The notes under the pieces were generated by a model. It ran no database searches. It was not told where the DNA came from and worked only from the letters and a program-made list of their open reading frames with translations. The position numbers and the translations under genes were made by a program. A DNA stretch of 62,986 nt from an uncultured Clostridia bacterium (lineage in GTDB: Bacteria; Bacillota; Clostridia; Oscillospirales; Butyricicoccaceae), in the NCBI GenBank assembly GCA_945932315.1, contig CAMEPU010000001.1, forward strand, positions 1 through 62,986. The letters run 5' to 3'. Positions 8,704 through 18,312 of this stretch are shown here, piece after piece. Each line of letters opens with the position of its first letter. Position 1 is the stretch's first letter.

Positions 8704-8940
8704 GCGCGCGCCTCCTTGCAATCATTTTTCGCGCAACTATTATAGCATGATCGCGGGAAGGATGCAACGGAGGATTTTCCCGCCTTCCTGCCCGGGATGT
8801 CCCGTTCACCGGACACCCCGTTCGGTAAAATAAAGCTGGAAAAAGTTTTTTAAAATTCTTTTTGCGGAAAAAGAGGATTTTGCCGAATGAACTGCGTATT
8901 TAGATTACAGGAGATTGCACCGGAACGGAGGGGAAGGGGT

Positions 8941-9930
8941 ATGACCGTCAGAGAACGGCTGGAGGAACGCGAACACCGCATGCTGAGCGACTGGGCGACC
9001 TTTTCGGACGCCTCGCGCGGACGGGTTCACCCGATCAGCCCGTGCGACAACCGCACCTGCTTTGAACGCGACCGCGACCGCATCACCCACTCCAAGGCCT
9101 TCCGCCGCCTGTCCAACAAGACACAGGTCTTCATCTCCCCCGAGGGCGACCACTACCGCACCCGCCTGACCCACACGATCGAGGTCAGCCAGATCGCCCG
9201 CACGATCGGCCGGGCGCTCAGCCTCAATGAGGATCTGATCGAGGCCATCGCGCTCGGGCACGACCTGGGCCACGCCCCACTGGGGCACGCGGGCGAGCGC
9301 GCGCTCGATGAGGCCTGCCCCGAGGGCTTCCGACACAACGAGCAGAGCCTGCGCGTGGCCGACCGGCTCGAACGGCTCAACCTGACCTGGGAGGTGCGCA
9401 ACGGCATCGTCTGCCACACCGGCTCGGCCTCGGCCGCCACGCCCGAGGGCAGGGTCATCCATTACGCCGACCGCATCGCCTACATCAACCACGACATCGA
9501 CGACGCCATCCGCGCCGGCATCATCTCGAACGAGGACATCCCGGACTCCCTGCTGCGCGCGCTCGGCCGCACCCACGGCGAGCGCATCGACAAAATGGTC
9601 GAGGCCATGATCGCCTTCGGCGAGCGGGAGCACGAGATCGGCATGTACGAGCAGGACGAAAAGCCCATGCTGGCCCTGCGCGAATTCATGTTCGAGACCG
9701 TCTACCGGGGCCGCGCCGCCACCGAGGAGGAGCGTGCGCGCTCGATGCTGCGCGCCCTGTACGACTATTTCTACACCCACCACGACGAGATGCCCCCGGA
9801 CTACATCGCGATGATCCTGTCGGGCGAGAGCCCGGCGCGCGTCGTCTGCGACTACATCTCCTCGATGACCGACCGCTATTCGATCACCACTTACCGCAAC
9901 CTGTTTATCCCGCGCACGTGGGATAAGTGA
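8941..9930 (+). CDS. dgt: Deoxyguanosinetriphosphate triphosphohydrolase-like HD protein
   Basis: FERDRDRI, KTQVF, RTRLTHT, GHDLGH, ADRIAYINHD; directly upstream of dnaG. Confidence 0.92.
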   Translation: MTVRERLEEREHRMLSDWATFSDASRGRVHPISPCDNRTCFERDRDRITHSKAFRRLSNKTQVFISPEGDHYRTRLTHTIEVSQIARTIGRALSLNEDLIEAIALGHDLGHAPLGHAGERALDEACPEGFRHNEQSLRVADRLERLNLTWEVRNGIVCHTGSASAATPEGRVIHYADRIAYINHDIDDAIRAGIISNEDIPDSLLRALGRTHGERIDKMVEAMIAFGEREHEIGMYEQDEKPMLALREFMFETVYRGRAATEEERARSMLRALYDYFYTHHDEMPPDYIAMILSGESPARVVCDYISSMTDRYSITTYRNLFIPRTWDK

Positions 9931-9968
9931 AAAGTGAATAGTGAATAGTGAAGAGTGAATAAGTGATG
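9926..9968 (+). repeat. Heptamer tandem repeat (AGTGAAN) x5 plus one degenerate unit
   Basis: agtgaaa agtgaat agtgaat agtgaag agtgaat a agtgatg between dgt and dnaG. Confidence 0.85.
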
Positions 9969-9984
9969 GGAAGGAGGAAAGACC

Positions 9985-11742
9985 ATGCCCATCGACCAAT
10001 CCTTTCTGGATGAACTGACCGCCCGCTGCGACATCGTGGACGTGGTCTCCCGCTATGTCCCCTTGAAGCGGCAGGGCGCAAACTATTTCGGGCTTTGCCC
10101 GTTCCACAACGAAAAATCACCCTCCTTCTCGGTCTCGCCGGACAAGCAGTTCTTCCACTGCTTCGGCTGCGGCGCGGGCGGGGGCGTGATCTCCTTCATC
10201 ATGCGGGCCGAAGGGCTGGAATTCCGGGACGCCGTCCAGCATCTGGCCGACCAGTGCGGTCTGGTCGTGCCCGAGGAACAGCGCGACCCGCGCGCGGCGA
10301 ACCGCCGCACCCGGACGCTGGCTCTCCTCAAGGACTGCGCCCGCTTCTATTACGACACCCTGTGGAAGCCCGAGAACGCCGCCGTGCAGCAGTATTTCGC
10401 CCGGCGCGGCCTCACGCGCAAGACCATGAACCGCTTCGGGCTGGGCTACGCGCCCGATTCCTTCGGCGCGACCATGGACGCCATGCTCGCGAAGGGCTAC
10501 ACCAAGGACGAGCTGGTGGACGCCGGACTGGCCGTCCGCAACGAGCGGGGCCACTGCTACGACAAGTTCCGCAACCGGGTCATGTTCCCGATCATCGACA
10601 TCCGGGGGCAGGTCATCGCCTTCGGCGGCCGGGTCATGGACGACAGCAAGCCCAAGTACTTAAATTCGCCCGAAACCTTCGTGTTCCACAAGAGCCGGAA
10701 TCTTTTCGCCCTCAATCTGGCCAAAAAGACCGACCGGGACTACTTCATTCTGGCTGAGGGCTACATGGACGTCATCGCGCTCCATCAGGCCGGCTTCGAC
10801 TGCGCGGTCGCGTCGCTCGGCACCTCGCTGACCGAGGAGCAGGCGCGCATGATCGCCCGCCACACCAAACAGATCATCATCAGCTACGACGCGGACGGCG
10901 CCGGACAGGCCGCCGCCCAGCGCGCGATCGACATTCTGAAAAAATGCGACCTGCAGGTCCGGGTGCTCCGCATCCCGGGCGCCAAGGACCCGGACGAGTT
11001 CATCCGGGAGAAGGGGCCGGACGCCTTCCGCCGCCTGATCGAGCGGAGCGAGGGGCACAACGCCTACCGGCTCGAGCAGATCGCGGCCAAGTACGACCTC
11101 GAGGAGGACGACCAGCGGATCGCCTTTCTGCAGGACGCGGCGCGCCTGCTGGCCACGTTTGAAAACGCGGTCGAGCGCGAGGTCTATCAGGGGCGCGCGG
11201 CGCAGATGGCCGGGGTCACACCCGACGCCATGGCGCAGGAGGTCAAGCGGCAGACGGCCATCCTCCGCAAGCAGCGCAAGAAGGTCGAACACCGGGAGAT
11301 CCGGTCGGCCGCCCAGCGCGTCCAGCCGCAGGACAAGCGCCTGCGCTATGAGGACGTCCACTCCGCCCGGGCGGAAGAGGGCATTTTGAGCCTGATTTTC
11401 GCCGATAATACATGGATTGACCGGCTCGCGGATAAAATAGAGCCGTCCGACTTTTCCGCGCCCGTGCTGGCCAAGATCTTCGCGCACGCCCGCACCCTGT
11501 GGGAACAGGGCGGCGTGGTTTCCATCGCGGGATTTGAGGGCTATCTGGACGAGGGCGAGCTCGCCCTGCTGTCCGGCATCCTGTCCCGCCCGCCTATTCT
11601 GACCGGACAGGAACAGGCGATGGCGGACTACATAGCCATCATCAGACGCTGCCGCGCCCGGCGCGGCGATACACCGGCCGGCGGGGAGGACCCCCTGCTG
11701 GCGCTGGCAAAACAAAAAGCAAAAAATGTGGGAGGACAATAA
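9985..11742 (+). CDS. dnaG: DNA primase
   Basis: CPFH...CFGC zinc finger, FRNRVMFPI, KYLNSPET, EGYMDV, YDAD Toprim. Confidence 0.98.
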   Translation: MPIDQSFLDELTARCDIVDVVSRYVPLKRQGANYFGLCPFHNEKSPSFSVSPDKQFFHCFGCGAGGGVISFIMRAEGLEFRDAVQHLADQCGLVVPEEQRDPRAANRRTRTLALLKDCARFYYDTLWKPENAAVQQYFARRGLTRKTMNRFGLGYAPDSFGATMDAMLAKGYTKDELVDAGLAVRNERGHCYDKFRNRVMFPIIDIRGQVIAFGGRVMDDSKPKYLNSPETFVFHKSRNLFALNLAKKTDRDYFILAEGYMDVIALHQAGFDCAVASLGTSLTEEQARMIARHTKQIIISYDADGAGQAAAQRAIDILKKCDLQVRVLRIPGAKDPDEFIREKGPDAFRRLIERSEGHNAYRLEQIAAKYDLEEDDQRIAFLQDAARLLATFENAVEREVYQGRAAQMAGVTPDAMAQEVKRQTAILRKQRKKVEHREIRSAAQRVQPQDKRLRYEDVHSARAEEGILSLIFADNTWIDRLADKIEPSDFSAPVLAKIFAHARTLWEQGGVVSIAGFEGYLDEGELALLSGILSRPPILTGQEQAMADYIAIIRRCRARRGDTPAGGEDPLLALAKQKAKNVGGQ

Positions 11743-11745
11743 AGA

Positions 11746-12978
<1,233 letters not shown>

Positions 12979-12984
12979 AGATAG

Positions 12985-13013
12985 CAAAAACGCCCGCTTT
13001 TGCGGGCGTTTTG
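12985..13013. terminator. Bidirectional terminator
   Basis: aaaacgcccgc-tttt-gcgggcgtttt. Confidence 0.8.
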
Positions 13014-13079
13014 TCATAAATAGACGGCGCGCTCTTCGTCGATCGAGCGGTAGCACGCTTCGACGCAGCGCATGTTTTT

Positions 13080-14093
13080 TCAGGTTTCCGTGCGTTTTTC
13101 GGGCAGCATGGCCGCGGTGTTTTCGTCGAACAGGATGGTGATCGGCGTTTCCAAATAATCAGAGGGCGGCTGCACGCCGAACAGCAGGTAGGAGCGCAGC
13201 GCGTCGAAAATGGTATGCGCCTGATGCATGAGCTGGATGCTGATGGAGAACTCGACGATTCCCTTTTCGATCAGCGCGGCGACGTCGGGCGTCCGGTCAA
13301 AGCAGACCATTTTGATGGCGCGTTTGCGCTGCAGGATCGCCTGGCCGATCTCGCCCGCGTAGCCCGCCAGGTTGCAGATGCCGTCGAGGTCGGGAAACTG
13401 GTCGAGCGTGCGGCAGGCCTGCGCGTAGGCGACGACGCCCTGATCCTGCGAAAAGAACTGGCCCGCGACCTCGATCCCGGGGCAGCGGTCGCGCATGAAA
13501 TCGAGAAAACCTTCGAGCCGCCGGTGATGGCTGATGATTTCGGGCGATCCGCCGATGACGACCACTTTTCCGCGGTGGCCGATGCATTTTGCGAGCAGGG
13601 AGGCCGCGATGCGGCCGCCCTGATAGCAGTCCTCGCCGAACAGGCAGACGGCCGGGACGCCGGGCACCTCGGCGTCCAGAAAGAAAACCGGGCAGTCCAG
13701 CCGGTTGAGGCGATCCCGCAGGCGGCGGCTGCGCACGCCGCGGATGAGCCAGGCGTCGGCCGGCTGGTCGAGCGCGGCGAGCTGGCTGTCGATGTCGGTC
13801 GTCTCGCAGAAGTGATAGCGGAGCACGAGGTCGGAGCAGGAGCGGCACAGTCCGTCGAGGGCGTCCTTCAGCACCGAAAAGTAGGTGTTGGTGGTGCGCG
13901 GCATGATGACGGCCACCGTTTTGCACACCGGGTCGAGCGAGACGCGGGGCGGCACGTAGCCGGTCTGCCGGATGATCTGGAGCACCCGCTCCCGCACATC
14001 GGCGCGGACGCCCGGCCGGCCGTGGATGACCTTGTCCACCGCGCCGCGCGACACCCCGGCAAGCTCTGCAATTTTGTCGATCGTCATTTTCAA
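13080..14093 (-). CDS. LacI family transcriptional regulator
   Basis: TIDKIAELAGVSRGAVDKVIHGR HTH plus periplasmic-binding-protein-like domain. Confidence 0.9.
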   Translation of the reverse strand: MKMTIDKIAELAGVSRGAVDKVIHGRPGVRADVRERVLQIIRQTGYVPPRVSLDPVCKTVAVIMPRTTNTYFSVLKDALDGLCRSCSDLVLRYHFCETTDIDSQLAALDQPADAWLIRGVRSRRLRDRLNRLDCPVFFLDAEVPGVPAVCLFGEDCYQGGRIAASLLAKCIGHRGKVVVIGGSPEIISHHRRLEGFLDFMRDRCPGIEVAGQFFSQDQGVVAYAQACRTLDQFPDLDGICNLAGYAGEIGQAILQRKRAIKMVCFDRTPDVAALIEKGIVEFSISIQLMHQAHTIFDALRSYLLFGVQPPSDYLETPITILFDENTAAMLPEKRTET

Positions 14094-14130
14094 GCGGCAC
14101 GCCCCCTTCGGATAAAATCATTATACCATA

Positions 14131-14174
14131 AAACAGGGCTCTGGCGCCTGGTTGCAGACGTCAGAGCCCTGTTT
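14131..14174 (-). terminator. Hairpin/terminator after the oxidoreductase gene
   Basis: aaacagggctctggcg...cgtcagagccctgttt. Confidence 0.6.
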
Positions 14175-14183
14175 GCCGAAGAA

Positions 14184-15203
14184 TCAGTATTCGACCTTGA
14201 CCGCCTTGCCGGTGTGGAACGAATCGGTGATCGCGTAGGTGACGAGGGTCGCCTTGGTGCCGTCGTAGACGGTCAGCTCGGGCTTGCGGTCCTTCTGGAT
14301 GCAGTCGATGAAATCGACCATCTCGAGCAGATAGGCCTCGGCGAAGCGCTGCGGGAAGTTCTCGATGATCTCCTGGCGCGCGCCGTACTGATCGTATACC
14401 ATGACGCGGTCCTTCCACGGAACACCGGCCACGCGGATGTGGCCCTCGGTCGCGACGATCTCGGTCTCGGTGTGGTAGCCGTGGGGCGCGGTGCGGCCGA
14501 CGTGCAGGAAGGCGACCGTGCCGTTGTCGAACTTGAGCATCGCCATGCCGGTCTCGGTGTCGCCGGTCTCGGTGAATTCGGGGTGCTTGAAGGTGGTGCC
14601 CGCGGCGTAAACCTCGGTGACCTCGCCGCCGAGGAACCAGCGCATCAGGTCGATGTCATGAGAAGCGGCGTCGATGAAGATGCCGCCCGAGGTCTTGGAG
14701 AACTTGATGCAGCTCTCGACCAGCGCCTCGGGATCGAGGCCGGTCGCCTTGACCAGATAGGGCTTGCCGATCTTGCCCGCGTCGATCTGGGCCTTGGCGT
14801 CGGCATAGGAGGGGTCGTAGCGGCGCATGAAGCCCAGGAAGAAGAGCTTGTCCGGATGGCGCTCCACGGCGGCCTCGGCGCGCTTGCACTCCTCGAGCGA
14901 GCAGCCGAGCGGCTTGTCACAGAACACGTGCTTGCCCGCGTCGAGCGCGTACTCAATCATCCAGCAGTGCTCGGGCGAAGAAGAAACGATGGCGACGGCC
15001 TCGATATCGGCCTCGTCGATCATCTTTTTGTAATCGGTGGTGACGAAATCAACCTTCAGATAGTCCTTTGCCCACTCGAGTTCCTTCTCAACGAGCGAGC
15101 AGGCCGCGGTCAGCTTGCAGCCGGGGATTTTGAACGCCAGATTCTGCGCGTGAACGGAGCCGAGGCGGCCCAGGCCGACGATGCCAACTTTTACTTCTTT
15201 CAT
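14184..15203 (-). CDS. Gfo/Idh/MocA oxidoreductase (inositol 2-dehydrogenase-like)
   Basis: GLGRLG Rossmann, HVFCDKP, GFMRRYD, SGGIFID..SHDID. Confidence 0.88.
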   Translation of the reverse strand: MKEVKVGIVGLGRLGSVHAQNLAFKIPGCKLTAACSLVEKELEWAKDYLKVDFVTTDYKKMIDEADIEAVAIVSSSPEHCWMIEYALDAGKHVFCDKPLGCSLEECKRAEAAVERHPDKLFFLGFMRRYDPSYADAKAQIDAGKIGKPYLVKATGLDPEALVESCIKFSKTSGGIFIDAASHDIDLMRWFLGGEVTEVYAAGTTFKHPEFTETGDTETGMAMLKFDNGTVAFLHVGRTAPHGYHTETEIVATEGHIRVAGVPWKDRVMVYDQYGARQEIIENFPQRFAEAYLLEMVDFIDCIQKDRKPELTVYDGTKATLVTYAITDSFHTGKAVKVEY

Positions 15204-15498
15204 GTTTTTTCTCCTTTTTACCAAATTTGTTTCTATTCCGGGCGGATTTGTTCTTTTACGATGGCTTTATTATAGAATGCGGTTCAGAAAACCGCTATTC
15301 GCAGGGCGCACAAAATCATATCAAAAGATTGGTGTGCGATATGCACATAAATCTTTGCAGAAATCTGTGCAGAACGCCTTATGAATGGCACTGCTGCCGA
15401 ACCGAAAAATTTGTGCCATGCAAAAGACACAGGCCCGGCACCCCATTGCGGCGCGGCGAATTTTGTATTTCGTGCGTTTTTTCGTGCGTTTTCAATGG

Positions 15499-15527
15499 TT
15501 GACAACAGCGGCGGTCTGTGCTATCCT
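15499..15527 (+). promoter_or_regulatory. Sigma-A promoter of bioY
   Basis: ttgaca(15499)-17bp-tatcct with extended TG. Confidence 0.6.
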
Positions 15528-15531
15528 CTTT

Positions 15532-15563
15532 TTGTAAACCAAGAATTGAAAAGAGGTTAACAA
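15532..15563. promoter_or_regulatory. BirA operator
   Basis: ttgtaaacc-N14-ggttaacaa fits the Firmicute BirA consensus TGTtAAC-N(14-16)-GTTaACA and covers the bioY RBS. Confidence 0.8.
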
Positions 15564-15565
15564 TT

Positions 15566-16090
15566 GTGAAGACAAAGGAATTGACCGCCGCCGCCCTGTT
15601 CGCGGCGCTGACCGCGGTCTGCTCGCAGCTCGCCATCCCGACGCCCTGGGATGTGCCGATCAACCTGGCGACCATGGCCGTCTTTCTGGCGGTGGGCACG
15701 CTGGGCACCAAGGGTGCGGTGATCGCCCAGATCATTTTTCTGGCGCTCGGCGCGGTAGGCGTGCCTGTGTTTGCTGGCTTCCGGGGCGGCCTGGCCTGCC
15801 TCGTCGGGCCGACCGGCGGCTACCTGATCGGCTATGTCGCGGCGGCTCTGATCGCCGGCGTGCTGATCGCCAAGCTGCCCGACCGCCTGTGGCGCATGCC
15901 GCTCGCGTTCGTCTGCGGCCTTGCGGCCTGTTACGCGCTGGGCACCGTGATGTTCGCCATCGTCACGGGCACGCCCTTCTGGAGCGCCGTCCTGCTGTGC
16001 GTCGTCCCCTATCTCGTCGGCGACGCGCTCAAGATCGCCGTCGCGACGCTGGTCTGCCAGCGGGTGCGCGGCGTCGTAGCCACCGCATAA
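15566..16090 (+). CDS. bioY: Biotin transporter BioY (ECF S component)
   Basis: VPINLAT, LGAVGVPVFAG, GPTGGYLIGY, GDALK; BirA box upstream. Confidence 0.93.
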   Translation: MKTKELTAAALFAALTAVCSQLAIPTPWDVPINLATMAVFLAVGTLGTKGAVIAQIIFLALGAVGVPVFAGFRGGLACLVGPTGGYLIGYVAAALIAGVLIAKLPDRLWRMPLAFVCGLAACYALGTVMFAIVTGTPFWSAVLLCVVPYLVGDALKIAVATLVCQRVRGVVATA

Positions 16091-16097
16091 ATGCAAA

Positions 16098-16118
16098 AAA
16101 ATCCGCCGAAAGGCGGAT
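16098..16118. repeat. 21-bp hairpin aaaatccgccgaaaggcggat, copy 1 (bidirectional terminator)
   Basis: Identical copy at 17017-17037. Confidence 0.85.
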
Positions 16119-16122
16119 TTTT

Positions 16123-16959
16123 TCATATTGAGCTCGGAATGCCGGTTTTCAGTGAGGATACGAATTTCTCAATCTGCGCGTTGACAAACTCGGGCGCGTC
16201 GGTGTTGGAATTGTGGCCTGCGGCCGGCACCCAAATGAGGGGCACACCCTCCTGCCTGACCCAGTTCCGGTTATACCGCCGGGCGGAACCGGCCGCGTCC
16301 TTCTCGCCGCACAGCAGAAGCAGCGGGCAGGGAATGGGGCGGTTCGGGTCGGCTTCGACCGCTTCGGCGAAGATCCGGAAGCCGTGGTCGGCGAGCGCGC
16401 AGTATTCCTCCTTCTGATAGGAGGCCATCATCTGTTCCATCAGGCGGCGGCCGTAATCGGTCTCGGCCGTTCCCCGGGGGCCCCAGGCGGTCAGCACCTT
16501 CCACGGAAAGCAGCGGTACATCGGACCGGTGTGCTTCAGCAGAAACAGCTCAATGGCCGTGTAATACCGCCGGTGGAGCGAGCAGGAGTCGATCGAGATA
16601 AAGCCGGACACGGCGTCCGGATACCGGGTGAGATAGACCTGGGAAAGATAGCCGCCCAGGGACTGGCCGACGAGAACGGGATTCCGGATTCCCTCCTGCG
16701 TGAGAATGCCGTGCAGGTACTCGGCCATGTCGCCCATGGAGAATTGGAGGGCGAAGGGGCGGGACAGGCCGTGCGCCGGGGCGTCCCATGTGAGACAGTT
16801 GTACCGCCCGCCTAGACCTTCCATCTGCCGGTCGAACAGCCGGTGGTCGGCGGTCAGCCCGGGCAGAAAGACCAGCCAGGGCCGGTCGTCCGAAACGCGG
16901 CGGACCCAGTAATGGATTGCGCCGAGCGGGGTGGGGTATTTCTTTTCTGCGATCTCCAT
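16123..16959 (-). CDS. Alpha/beta fold hydrolase
   Basis: FLPGL, WDAPAHG, GQSLGG nucleophile elbow, GEKD, AGHNSN. Confidence 0.9.
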   Translation of the reverse strand: MEIAEKKYPTPLGAIHYWVRRVSDDRPWLVFLPGLTADHRLFDRQMEGLGGRYNCLTWDAPAHGLSRPFALQFSMGDMAEYLHGILTQEGIRNPVLVGQSLGGYLSQVYLTRYPDAVSGFISIDSCSLHRRYYTAIELFLLKHTGPMYRCFPWKVLTAWGPRGTAETDYGRRLMEQMMASYQKEEYCALADHGFRIFAEAVEADPNRPIPCPLLLLCGEKDAAGSARRYNRNWVRQEGVPLIWVPAAGHNSNTDAPEFVNAQIEKFVSSLKTGIPSSI

Positions 16960-17016
16960 GACGGTTCCCTCTTTTTTATTTTCTGCCATCCATTGTATCA
17001 CAGCGCGCGACAAAAG

Positions 17017-17037
17017 AAAATCCGCCGAAAGGCGGAT
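17017..17037. repeat. 21-bp hairpin, copy 2 (terminator of the lipoprotein gene)
   Basis: Identical to 16098-16118. Confidence 0.85.
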
Positions 17038-17624
17038 CATTGGACTTCGGGTGTGATCGGGAGCGGGGTCGCGGAGAACACGACGTCCGCATTCCAGACG
17101 ATCGTATTGAGGATGGCGTCAATCTCGTCGGCCATCCGGCAATACTGCTCCGCGGTTTCTTGGGTGAACTGCACGTCGGTGGGGTAGGTCACCACGACAT
17201 TGAAGCGGTCGGCCGGGTCAATCTCCACGCTGCCCCGGATGTCATAGTCGGGATAGTAGGTGTAGTCGACGTCGTCGGGCAGCAGCCCGACGCTGAACAG
17301 AAAACCGCCCTCGGGCTCGTGGTGGCCCTGCTTTTCGTAAAAGCACAGGCTGTAACCGTGCGAATCGTCCCGGATGATCTCCCATTCACCGGTCTCCGCC
17401 CAGTCGGCGGGGACGGAGATCCCATAATAGTCGGTGTCGATGTTGAGGAGCGCGGGAGCTTCGGGCGCGGAAACCGCCGGAGCCGGTTCGCTGACCGCCC
17501 CTTCTTCCTGCGCGGAGGAGCTGGCCACGCCGTTGTCGGCCGCCCGACTGCCGCAGCCGGCCAGCAGATAGACCGCGCAGCACAGCGCGGCGGCGATCCA
17601 GACTGTTTTCAAGCGGTTTTTCAT
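17037..17624 (-). CDS. Lipoprotein of unknown function
   Basis: Signal peptide with lipobox LAGC, Ala/Ser/Pro linker, acidic domain (YPTDVQF). Confidence 0.78.
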   Translation of the reverse strand: MKNRLKTVWIAAALCCAVYLLAGCGSRAADNGVASSSAQEEGAVSEPAPAVSAPEAPALLNIDTDYYGISVPADWAETGEWEIIRDDSHGYSLCFYEKQGHHEPEGGFLFSVGLLPDDVDYTYYPDYDIRGSVEIDPADRFNVVVTYPTDVQFTQETAEQYCRMADEIDAILNTIVWNADVVFSATPLPITPEVQ

Positions 17625-17644
17625 TTGATTTCGCTCCATTTTCT

Positions 17645-17956
17645 TCATTTCAACAGCGTTCCATAGTCCCGTTTGGCATAGAGCACGCGGGCTACCGTCA
17701 CAGTATGGCGGGCTTCGTCGACCCAATACAGCATCAGGTAGTTCCCCACGGTCAGCTTGCGGTATTCGTGCCCGAGCGGACGGATCGGGACATACGCGGG
17801 GTTGGCATACGGAAACGCTGGAATGCCGTCTCCGGCCTCGATCAGCTTCTGCGCCAGCTGCTCAGCGGCCTGCGGATTGCCGAGTTTCTGGCTGATATAG
17901 CGGACGATCTCGACCATGTCCTGCCGGGCGATGGGCAGGTATTCCAGATTATACAA
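17645..17956 (-). CDS. RelE/ParE family toxin
   Basis: YLPIARQDMVEIVRYIS...YRKLTVGNYLMLY...VARVLYAKRDY. Confidence 0.9.
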   Translation of the reverse strand: MYNLEYLPIARQDMVEIVRYISQKLGNPQAAEQLAQKLIEAGDGIPAFPYANPAYVPIRPLGHEYRKLTVGNYLMLYWVDEARHTVTVARVLYAKRDYGTLLK

Positions 17957-18227
17957 TCTGCTCGCCCCCGATGGCCGCGCGCATAGCCTTCAGAACGTCC
18001 TTGGAAGAATAGCGCTCCTGCGTCAGCTCGGCTTGGCGCTCGGCTTCCTGCAGCTTGGTGTAAATCTCGCTTTCAAGCTGAAGGTTTTCGTAGGCTTCCA
18101 TGCTCAGAACGACCATATCGCCGTAGCCGTTTTTAGTCAGAAATACGGGCTGCTGGGTCTCGTGTACGGTGTGGGAAATATCGGCAAAGTTATTCCGCAG
18201 ATCGGATACCGGTCGGATCATTTTCAT
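17949..18227 (-). CDS. Phd/YefM family antitoxin
   Basis: RBS ggaggtgg; IRPVSDLRNNF...PVFLTKNGYG. Confidence 0.9.
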   Translation of the reverse strand: MKMIRPVSDLRNNFADISHTVHETQQPVFLTKNGYGDMVVLSMEAYENLQLESEIYTKLQEAERQAELTQERYSSKDVLKAMRAAIGGEQIV

Positions 18228-18246
18228 TGCATCCACCTCCAAGACC

Positions 18247-18275
18247 AGTTTATCATAATTATGCTAAAATATCAA
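18247..18275 (-). promoter_or_regulatory. TA promoter with palindromic operator
   Basis: Minus strand ttgata-17bp-taaact; palindrome tttatcataattatgctaaa (18249-18268). Confidence 0.55.
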
Positions 18276-18284
18276 CGCGCAAAT

Positions 18285-18308
18285 AAAAACCGCCGTTCGG
18301 CGGTTTTT
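18285..18308 (-). terminator. Terminator after the Na/Pi transporter gene
   Basis: aaaaaccgccg-tt-cggcggttttt. Confidence 0.7.
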
Positions 18309-18312
18309 GTGC

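Noticed and set aside
8870-8905. Possible SigH promoter (gaggattt...) for dgt-dnaG-rpoD
   Set aside because: The -10 element and spacing do not fit convincingly.
11380-11445. AT-richer patch in dnaG as an internal rpoD promoter
   Set aside because: Plausible by analogy, but no well-spaced -35/-10 pair could be identified.
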